Shown here one piece after another: positions 1-64,000 of a stretch of DNA of 64,000 nt. Under the pieces are notes generated by a model. That model was not told where the DNA came from and made no database searches. It saw nothing but the letters and a program-made list of their open reading frames with translations. Origin of the DNA: Octopus sinensis (Eukaryota); the NCBI RefSeq assembly GCF_006345805.1, contig NC_042998.1, forward strand, positions 10,416,001 through 10,480,000. The letters are read 5' to 3'. Both the position numbers and the translations under genes were made by a program. Position 1 is the first letter of the stretch. Each line of letters starts with the position of its first letter.

Positions 1-216
1 GGACTGGTTCTGGGTGCAGGAAACCCCAAGACCAAAATGGAAATTCTATGGAAACAACTTAACCAGCATTAAGGAGAAAGGAGAGCACGAGTTGAAAAGG
101 TAGTGTTATATGGTAGTACGTTAGTCCAGAAAGATAGGGTAAACTGAATCGATTGCATAAATTTTATGTAATTTGTGTATGGTGTCTATAGATGTAATAG
201 ATTTAATATTTCCCTC

Positions 217-510
217 TGAGAAACATTTTTTCACGCTGAGAGTTGCTGAAGCATGGAACAAACTGCCGGCATCAGTTGTTAGTTGTCAGAGCACTGCATC
301 CTTCAAAACGTCCATGCTTTCTGAGATTCGCCAACACTACACTTGATTTTCTCCCCTCCATACACACACAAGCATGTATCTGACTCATACATTGTTCGCT
401 TTCCAGACATTTGTACATTACTTCATATACTTTATATGCACTTTCTGACAAGTTGTGGTGCACCTGAGCACTGTATACAATAATTTCATTATTATCATTA
501 TTATTATTAT
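217..510 (+). mobile_element. CR1-like LINE 3' end fragment
   Basis: Translates as RKHFFTLRVAEAWNKLPASVVSCQSTASFK...stop, the typical CR1/L2 ORF2 C-terminus, then a UTR and (ATT)n tail. Confidence 0.85.
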
Positions 511-1279
511 GAGATAGCAGGGATCTTGTACTAATGCTGAGAGATACTTCGAAAAGGCTTATCCATTCTACATATCTCTATTGAGAGTAGGGAATAAGTA
601 GGCTGTTGTGTAGTTTGAGAAGAAAAATAAATACTTAGTTGCTTCTTACTGTGAGTTGGTTTTTAATATAAAGAGTTGTTTATGATTGTAATTACATATC
701 AAGTTAACACTTGTAGTTGTATATTTAGTTGAAATAAACAAAAGTTTTATACACCCAGACAAATATTTATACGTATGTATGTATGTACGTCATCATTCAG
801 GTTTATTTTGATTTTTTGCTAATAGAGAAAATGCCGGTTTCTAACCTAGATCCAAGGCACCTTCATTGGAATTTTCACATCAACAGCAGGGTATGTATGT
901 ATGTATGTATGTATGTATGTATGTATGTATGTATGTATGTATGTATGTATGTATGTATGTATGTATGTATGTATGTCTTTGTGTATGTATTTCAGTGTTA
1001 TGAATGTATCTGAGCAAGTTAATGAGAGATACGAACCACAGCTGCATGATATTCAACATGTCACCTGATTTATTCGCTGAATCAAGGCTACTCCCTGGGG
1101 TTCGGAGTAGAGCGGTCGATCTACACTTTGGCCATTAAGAGAAATTAAATCAAGTTTGAGAAGACAAGTAAACACTTAGTTGCTTCTTACTGCGATTTGG
1201 TCTTGAATATAAAGAAGCAAATGAGAGGCAAGGTTTATGCACACAGACATAAATATTTATACGTATGTATGAATCTAAT

Positions 1280-1680
1280 GGCGCAGGAGTAGCTGTGTGG
1301 TAAGTAGCTTGCTTACCAACCACATGGTTCCGGGTTCAGTCCCACTGCGTGGCACTTTGGGCAAGTGACTTCTACTATAGCCTCGGGCCGACCAAAGCCT
1401 TGTGAGTGGATTTGGTAGACGGAAACTGAAAGAAGCCCGTCGTATATATATATATATATATATATACGTGTGTGTTTGTGTGAGTGTGTTTGTCCCCCTA
1501 GCATTGCTTGACAACCGATGCTGGTGTGTTTATGTCCCCGTTACTTAGCGGTTCGGCAAAAGAGACCGATAGAATAAGTACTGGGCTTACAAAAGAATAA
1601 GTCCCGGGGTCGAGTTGCTCGATTAAAGGCGGTGCTCCAGCATGACAGCAGTCAAATGACTGAAACAAGTAAAAGAGTAA
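1280..1680 (+). mobile_element. tRNA-derived SINE family A
   Basis: GGCGCAGGAGTxGCTGTGTGGTAAG head, GGTTCAGTCCC B box, internal TA/TG microsatellite, (AAGAGTA)n tail; >10 copies in window. Confidence 0.9.
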
Positions 1681-1751
1681 TGCAGGAGCTTAAGCGAACT
1701 GAAAGAATGTCGTCTGACGTATTAGAGATTGCAACACTATCCTTTTCTGAT

Positions 1752-2136
1752 GTGGAGGCGCAATGGCCCAGTGGTTAGGGCAGCGGACTCGCGGTCATAG
1801 GATCGCGGTTTCGATTCCCAGACCGGGCGTTGTGAGTGTTTATTGAGCGAAAACACCTAAAAGCTCCACGAGGCTCCGACAGGGGATGGTAGTGATCCCT
1901 GCTGTACTCTTTCACCACAACTTTCTCTCACTCTTACTTCCTGTTTCTGTTGTACCTGTATTTCAAAGGGCCGGCCTTGTCACTCTCTGTGTCACGCTGA
2001 ATATCCCCGAGAGCTACGTTAAGGGTACACGAGTCTGTGGAGTGCTCAGCCACTTACACGTTAATTTCACGAGCAGGCTGTTCCGTTGATTCGGATCAAC
2101 CGGAACCCTCGTCGTCGTAACCGACGGAGTGCTTCC
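1752..2136 (+). mobile_element. tRNA(Arg)-like SINE family B (resembles octopus OR SINEs)
   Basis: GGAGGCGCAATGGCCCAGTGGTTAGG A box, TCG anticodon-like loop, GTTTCGATTCCC B box; 13-bp TSD ATCCTTTTCTGAT. Confidence 0.9.
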
Positions 2137-2344
2137 ATCCTTTTCTGATCATACCGCACTGTCTTGAAGGAAACATTGGAGATTATAATCATGGGTAAAG
2201 AAAAAGACAGAGTCGTCACAAGTGAAATAATCTGTGATCATATGTTTGTCTGAGTAGGTATGAGTTGGAGGCTAAAGAAAATCAATAACACCTCGTTATA
2301 GAAAATGTAACGAAGAACTGTAAATAGAGTACACGACCATGCAC

Positions 2345-2378
<34 letters not shown>

Positions 2379-2491
2379 TGTGGAATCAAATTGTAATCCC
2401 CTTGCCAAGAAGTATATCATGCCTAAGTCAAAATTGAATATTTAACCTCAACGAGTTTAGATTTTTAAAAGTAAAGTTTGTTAAGTATCAA

Positions 2492-2835
2492 TGTATGTAT
2501 GTATGTATGTATGTATGTATGTATGTATGTATGTATGTATGTATGTATGTATGTATGTATGTATGTATGTATGTATGTATGTATGTATGTATGTATGTAT
2601 GTATGTATGTATGTATGTATGTATGTATGTATGTATGTATGTATGTATGTGTGTGTGTATGTATGTATGTGTGTGTGTATGTATGTATGTATGTATGCAT
2701 GTATGCATGCATGTATGTATGTATGTATGTATGTATGTATGCATGCATGTATGTATGTATGTATGTATATATGTATGTATGTATGTATGCATGTATGCAT
2801 GCATGCATGTATGTATGTATGTATGTATGTGTGTG
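2492..2835. repeat. (TGTA)n microsatellite
   Basis: Direct reading; another array at 892-976. Confidence 0.98.
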
Positions 2836-2886
2836 TGCGCACTTAAGTATGTATATGAATATGTGCATAACAAATAAAATGTTTAC

Positions 2887-56860
<53,974 letters not shown>

Positions 56861-57001
56861 AGTGGATAGAAATGAAATTTTTCGCTTGTCAGCATCGCTT
56901 GGCATCACCATATACCACTTCGAAGAAAACTCTCTCTCTCTCTCTCCCTCTCTGTCACACTAGCTCTCACTAGCTCCCTTTCCTTCCTCTCAACTCACAC
57001 A

Positions 57002-57058
<57 letters not shown>

Positions 57059-57404
57059 ACTCATCCCCCTCCCCCCTTGTTTCTCATTGACAAACGTTCC
57101 CTCTTTCTTCCCCTCCCCCCCACCGCCACCACTTATTTATCCATAAGGTGGGTGAGCTGGCTGGGGTCGTTAACACTCCGGATAAGACGCTTAGCGTTAT
57201 TTTGGTCAGTGTTTTTTTACGTTCCGAGTTCGAATCCTGTCGCGGTCGATGTTATCTTTCAGCCTTTCGAGGTCGATAAAATAAGTTATCAGTAAAGTAC
57301 TGAGGTTCAATGCAATGCACTTTCTCTCTCCCACCCTTGAAACTTGCAGGTCCTGGGCCGAAATTTTGGAAGAATTGTTTATTTATCCAAAATATACTTG
57401 CTGC

Positions 57405-58500
57405 ACATGCACATATACAAACACGCATGTGTACATACTCACACACACAACACATACATACATACACACACATATATACAGACGTGCATACATACACATA
57501 CATGCATGCATGCATACATACATACACACACATACATACAAACACACACATACACACATACACACATACATACATATATACATACACACACACATACATA
57601 CACATACATACATACACACACGTATATACATACACACGTACATACATACATACATACATACATACATACATACTACATACAACAATACATACATACATAC
57701 ATACATACATTTATATACCACATACATACATACATACATAATACAACATACATACATACAAACATACATACACACACACACATACATACATACATACATA
57801 CACACATACATACATACATACATATATACACAATACATACATACATACATACACATATAACATACATACATACATACATACATACATACATACATACATA
57901 CATACATACAAACATACATACATACACACACACATACTACTACATACATACACACCATACATACATACATACATATATAACACATACATACAACATTACA
58001 TACTATATACTACACACACACACATACATACATACATACATACATACATACATACATACATACACACTACACACATACATACATACATACATACATACAT
58101 ACATACATACATACATACACACATACATACATACGTACATACATACATACACACATACATACATACATACTACCAACATAACATACTACATACATACACA
58201 TACATACATACAAACATACATACATACACACCACACTACATACATACATACATACACACATACATACATACATATATACACACATACATACATACATACA
58301 TACATATATACATACACACACACACATACATACATACATACACACATACATACATACATACATACATACTACATAACACACATACACACCACATACATAC
58401 ATACATACATACATTTAATACATACACACATACATACATACGTACATACATACATACACACATACATACATACATACATACCAACATACATACATACATA
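57405..58500. repeat. Long degenerate (TACA)n microsatellite
   Basis: Direct reading; source of the spurious 415-aa ORF. Confidence 0.97.
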
Positions 58501-58588
58501 TGTGTGTGTTTTACTGATTTCAAACATTGGATGCTGGTGGATCAACCCAGTTCACACTTCGGTCTGGAACTTAATCCATATATATATA

Positions 58589-58761
58589 TAGGCGCAGGAG
58601 TGGCTGTGTGGTAAGTAGCTTGCTTACGAACCACATTGTTCCGGGTTCAGTCCCACTGCGTGGCATCTTGGGCAAGTGTCTTCTGCTATAGCCCCGGGCT
58701 GACCAAAGCCTTGTGAGTGGATTTGGTAGACGGAAACTGAAAGAAGCCCGTCGTATATATG

Positions 58762-58808
<47 letters not shown>

Positions 58809-59042
58809 TGTGTGTGTTTGTGTGTCTGTGTTTGTCCCCCTAGCATTGCTTGACAACCGATGCTGGTGTGTTTACGTCCCCGTAACTTAGCGGTTCGGCA
58901 AAAGAGACCGATAGAATAAGTACTGGGCTTACAAAGAATAAGTCTCGGGGTCGATTTGCTCGACTAAAGGCGGTGCTCCAGCATGGCCGCAGTCAAATGA
59001 CTGAAACAAGTAAAAGAGTAAAGAGTAAAGAGTAAAGAGTAA
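58589..59042 (+). mobile_element. SINE family A
   Basis: Full copy followed by (GATA)n. Confidence 0.9.
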
Positions 59043-59073
59043 GAGATAGATAGAAAGATAGATAGATAGATAC

Positions 59074-59152
<79 letters not shown>

Positions 59153-59344
59153 TAGAGAGAGAGATGGAAGAAAGAGTGGAAAGGACGAGGAAGGATAACC
59201 GAATATCAACATGTGGTTAGAAGTAAAAGTGTAATTCAGCTGAAGGAACGAAAGAAAAAGTTGTAATCCAACGAAAACCTACCCCCTCTCTCTCTCTACT
59301 TACTTCTCTCTCTCTCTCGCTCTCAATTTGAGTGTGTCTATGTA

Positions 59345-59647
59345 TTATTTCTTATTATCCATAAGATTTACATAGATGGGGACAATACAATGATTTGGGG
59401 TCAAATGGAACTATTTACAGTGAAATCGAATGGATTATTTACAATGAAAATGAAAATGAACAAGAACAAACAAACAGGCGCAGGAGTGGCTGTGTGGTAA
59501 GTAGCTTGCTTCCCAACCACATGGTTCCGGGTTCAGTCCTACAGCGTGGCACCTTGGGGAAGTGTCTTCCACTATAGCCTCTGGTCGACCAAAGCCTTGT
59601 GAGTGGATTTGGTAGACGGAAACTGAAAGAAGCCCGTCGTATATATG

Positions 59648-59679
<32 letters not shown>

Positions 59680-62597
59680 CGTGTATGTTTGTGTGTCTGT
59701 GTTTGTCCCCCTAGCATTGCTTAACAACCGACGCTGGTGTGTTTATGTCCCTGTCACTTAGCGGTTCAGCAAAAGAGACCGATAGAATAAGTACTGGGCT
59801 TATGCTAGAACACCCGGGGTCGAGTTTCTCGACTAAAGGCGGTGCTCCAGCATGGCCGCAGTCAAATGACTGAAACAAGTAAAAGAGTAAAGAGTAAACA
59901 AAAAAGGGACATATGAAGTCAAAAGAACAGGATTGCCGACCCACGACCCCTGTTTTTAACTGAAGCCTTTTGGTAGGTGATCATGGTATGTTCATGCAAG
60001 GCCTTTCACACCTAGCATCCGTGCAACACGCATCCATCTTTTTGAATAACAGACTCTGACAGACACCTTTCTCTAGCCCACCTTCCTTTTCAGATGGAAT
60101 CTGAAAAAGTTCGTTAGGGCAGTGCCAGAGATCACGGTGTCTGACATTATACCTTTCACACTGGTCTTCCATATAACCTCTTTCGCAACTGCTACTATCA
60201 CGAGAAAGCAAAGCTTACCTTCGTTCGTCATGAAACCAGGTGGGTCAATTTTTAAGATTGACTCAGACGACAGCTGTACTCTTCCTCCGTCGGACAACAG
60301 GTGTTCGGCATAAACCCACACTTCCGAAATTTCCGGACACTGAACAATGGCGTGCAGGACTGTTTCCACATCCTGCCCGCATCTTGGACAGGCCGAAGGT
60401 CCACTGTGACCATGCCTTGTGAGTTTATCTCGAACGGGTAAGGCTCCTCTGTAACACTGCCAGGCCAAGGACTTCTGAAAGTTATCCAGTGTCCCTGGTC
60501 CGAATGTCCTTTGGAACAGGCTGTCTAACTGATTACCATCGAGACCTAGGGTCCTTCCCAGGGTATCGTCATTTCCGGCCTCTACCAACCTGCTGCGGTG
60601 GTACCAAAGCCACCGGCATTGCCCGAGCTGCGGAAGCGTAAGAGAGCCTTCCGGCACTCCGAATACCACATACTCGATCTTAGTCTGCGACGAAACCAGG
60701 TTTCTCTGCCACCAAAGCTGGCAAAGCTGGGGAACATCTGTTGTGCGAGTGGGGACCACACCGTTCACCTTCCAGGTAGAGCCGAAGATGCCTCAACTCA
60801 GCGCATGTCTGCGCATCAACAGCCAAGGCATCCCTAACCCACCCTTTAACGGCTTTGACAACAGATAGAACGTCTCACAAGAGGAGTGGAACCCTTCCAC
60901 AAAAAGCGAAAGATTTGCCTCTCCAACTTGTTCAACACGAATCGGACAGGGGACGACGGTTAGGCGGTATTGATGACCGATGCCATGAACACATTGGCCA
61001 CCTCCGCCCCTCCTTTCAAGGATAGCCACCGCCAAGACCAAGTCTTGACCACGTGAGCCACCTTGCTCGCGACCTCAGACCAGTTCTTTTCTCTCTGGAG
61101 ACCTGGACCAAACCAGACCCCTAGCAAATTAACCGGGCCCTCCGTCCAGCATCCCACGATGCAGTTCGAAGGTATCGGCTTGCCAATCCAGGTGCCGAGT
61201 TGCAAGCCGACTGACTTTTCCCGGTTGATTTTTGCTCCTGTCACCGTCTCGTACTCCTTGATGGTGTTTCCTACATTCTGTAGGAGTTCCACCTTGGTCA
61301 CGATGATGGTGATGTCGTCCGCATACGCTGCAACAGAATCTCCTCCTCCTGGATTCGTCGGGATGACGCTCAGCTTTCGCAGTAATGGCTAGAGAGCCAT
61401 CACATATAGAAGCGGGGAGAGCGGGCACCCTTGACGAACTGACCGTTTGATGCAGAACGACCTGGAAAGTAGACCGTTCACCCGAACGATCAAGTCGATG
61501 TTGTCGTACAACTGTATAATCCACCTGAGGAAACCAGTACCCAGCCCGAACTGTGCGAGCACAGACACCAGGTAACGATGGTTCACCCTATCGAAGGCTT
61601 TACTCTGGTCTAAATGGACCAGTGCCCCACCCTTGCCAGAGTTATTCCCAAACCCTTCTACGGTGTAACGTATAAGATGAAGATTGTCCTGATTAGTTCT
61701 TTTGGGGACTGCACAAGTTTGTGCCTACCCGATCAGACCATTCGCGACACGCGTCAACCTTTTCGCTAACACTTTGGCCAAAATCTTCACCTCTGCGTTT
61801 AGCAGGGTGATGGGCCTGAAATTATCTATCCTATCCCTCTTGCCCGGGTCCTTCCTGATTAGCCTCACCACTCCCCGGCGTACAGATCTGGGAATCCTCC
61901 CATTCTGATTCCAGTTCGCGAAGACGCTGGCCAGTATTGGCCCGAACAAGTCTGGCATACTTCTATATAGTTCGCAGGGCAAACCATCGAGTCCAGCGCC
62001 TTACCCTTGCCACAGTCGGCTATGGCCTCAGTCACCTCCTCAGGCGTGATTGACCCTTCACAGCTCTCCGCATCCCGTCCCGAGAGGTGCGGCAGCCCGG
62101 CGAGGAAGCCCGTAAGGTCCACCCTCTCATCCGGTCCACCTTCACCCACGAAAAGCTGGGCGAAGTGTTCTTGAAAAGTCCGACACATCTCCTCGGGTTC
62201 GTTTACCACATCGCCCTTCTTGTTCGTCACAGACTTAACTGTGGAATCGTTTCCGCGTTGAGCCTCCACAACTCGTGCCCATCCAGCGGCCTTAATTCCT
62301 TCGCACCCCATTGCGCGAATTCTAGCTCTGACGATACAACCCATATGCTTGGTTTCGAGGTGCTGGTTTAATTCCAGTCTCTTCGCCTTCACCTGGGTCC
62401 CGTCGCCAGATCTTATGGCTTCCTCTAGAGCCTTAACTAGCCCCTCTTCTTTCTTACGCCTTTTCTTTGCTAGTCCTATACTATATCTAATGGACTCGTA
62501 TTTTATGGCTCTCTTGAGCGCTAACCACCATTTGTTGTTAAGAATGGAACCGGTTAACGCCCTCTAAATTAGTAACCTAATCCGGCTTCTGTACTCC
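59345..62597 (-). mobile_element. L1/Tx1-clade LINE, 5' truncated, frameshifted ORF2 (RT plus zf-RVT)
   Basis: NFRPITLLNAEVKILAKVLAKRL, LDQSKAFDRVNH, SVRQGCPLSPLLY, AYADD, GGLGMP, CPRCGQDVETVLHAIVQC. Confidence 0.93.
59476..59897 (+). mobile_element. SINE family A inserted in the 3' UTR of the Tx1 LINE
   Basis: Full copy with AAACAA on both sides. Confidence 0.88.
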
Positions 62598-62965
62598 TCA
62601 ATCGCCAAGAGGGACTTATACACACACACACACACACACACGCATAGACATTCACACATACACAAGCGCAGATACATGATAGACACTTTTGTCAGGAACG
62701 ATTCATAAACGCTCAGTTCTTTGACAAACTGAACGACGTCGTGGAAGACAATGGAAGGAAATAATGTGCGAAATGGTTGTAAATTCCACAGACAGGTGTG
62801 TTGCATACTGTAATGATCAGGTAGAAACAGCATGGCAAAGTGTAGCAAGGGTATGACATTTGAAGTACGGATAGAATCCATTCGATGGGTATCTTTAAAG
62901 ATTTCCGTCTATTTTGTTTGTTTCCTTCTTGTTTGAGTGACTCAAGTGAAAAAAGAAAAAGAAAA

Positions 62966-63398
62966 TTCATCATCATCATTGTTCGACGGTGGTCGAGACA
63001 ATGGAATTTACCATGCTACGCCAGACTTCACGGTCCATCATGGCATTACGGAGGTCCTGTTGCTGGATGCCTGTATCCCTGGAGATTACATCAGGATAGG
63101 AGAGTGTGCGCCCTCTGGTGTTGCGAGTAGATGGCTTCCAGAGGAGAAGAGTAGAAATTACCTCTTTTTCAGCTCTACAATAATGTCCAGCAAACTGGAC
63201 TCTCCTACCTTTCACAAGAGATGACACAGGTGGTAGTTTCCCATATATTTGCATTTTGGTTGGATGGCGCCTCCACGAGAGATTTTGAGCTCTCATAAGG
63301 AGGCGAGTGTAGGTTCCACCCAACCGCCTCTCAAGCTTCCTTGATAACGTCCAGGTTTCTGAGCCATATAGTAGAATTGGTTCGACTGTGGCTTTGAA
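62966..63398 (-). mobile_element. RTE-clade LINE 3' end
   Basis: FKATVEPILLYGSETWTL ... RRVQFAGH ... AMMDREVWR, stop, (TGA)n tail. Confidence 0.88.
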
Positions 63399-63602
63399 AA
63401 GAAAAGTGCAAAGGACGCCACGTTGTCTTGTAGTAAAGAGAACCTCTTTGCCATTCGGTCATATCCGGACTCCACCCTTTCCAAAGAGACGCATACACAC
63501 AAACACGTGTGTGAATGTGTGCATGTGCAGGGTGACACATAAATACGCATAACCACTCATAAACACACTTGTACACGGACATAAAGCATGTACAAATAAA
63601 TC

Positions 63603-64000
63603 TTCAAAGCCACAGTCGAACCAATTCTACTATATGGCTCAGAAACCTGGACGTTATCAAGGAAGCTTGAGAGGCGGTTGGGTGGAACCTACACTCGCCT
63701 CCTTATGAGAAGCTCAAAATCTCTCGTGGAGGCGCCATCCAACCAAAATGCAAATATATGGGAAACTACCACTGTGTCATCTCTGTGAAAGGTAGGAGAG
63801 TCCAGTTTGCTGGACATTGTTGTAGAGCTGAAAAAGAGGTAATTTCTTCTCTTCTCCTTGGAAGCCATCTACTCGCAACACCAGAGGGCGCACACTCTCC
63901 TACCCTGATGTAATCTCCAGGGATACAGGCATCCAGCAACAGGACCTCCGTAATGCCATGATGGACCGTGAAGTCTGGCGTAGCATGGTAAATTCCATTG
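63603..64000 (+). mobile_element. RTE-clade LINE 3' part, inverted near-identical copy
   Basis: Reverse complement of 62999-63398; runs off the window. Confidence 0.88.

Noticed and set aside
1275-1514. Recurring ORFs such as RRASFSFRLPNPLTRLWSARGYSRR and MVVIPAVLFHHNF
   Set aside because: Chance frames inside multicopy SINEs
1752-1830. tRNA-Arg-like gene
   Set aside because: It is the head of a SINE with body, tail and TSD
1-2886. ENT TM9-TM11 exons
   Set aside because: No matching exon found by eye; probably outside the window
57344-58591. 415-aa ORF and the many HTYI/MYVC/IYLS/poly-N/poly-I ORFs
   Set aside because: Translations of stop-free microsatellites

Overview
Repeat-rich, AT-rich eukaryotic DNA, most likely from an Octopus species (inferred from the SINE families and the dense TA/TGTA/TATC microsatellites). 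Positions ~2.9-56.9 kb hold one minus-strand gene that the ORF track largely misses: an equilibrative nucleoside transporter (SLC29/ENT family). I reconstructed 13 GT-AG exons by hand. They join with consistent phases into 1170 nt / 390 aa covering the N-terminus to TM8; the last exons lie left of the window. The introns hold three tRNA-derived SINE families, a full-length mariner with TIRs, a Chapaev3-like transposase, rosa/Tc1, Helitron, hAT and Merlin-like MITEs, and CR1, RTE, R4/Dong, Tx1 and Penelope retroelement remains. Most notable: (i) many short Penelope-type elements in TA repeats carry type I hammerhead ribozyme motifs, and two of them are foldback palindromes with a hammerhead on each strand; (ii) one SINE family forms head-to-tail dimers that always join at the same stem-loop, and it shares its 3' tail with Tx1-like LINEs in the window; (iii) an ENT splice acceptor is formed from a SINE (TTA)n tail; (iv) one SINE is flanked by a ~190-bp direct repeat; (v) there is a >=400-bp inverted RTE repeat at the right edge. 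All calls are from reading by eye; no database search was run.
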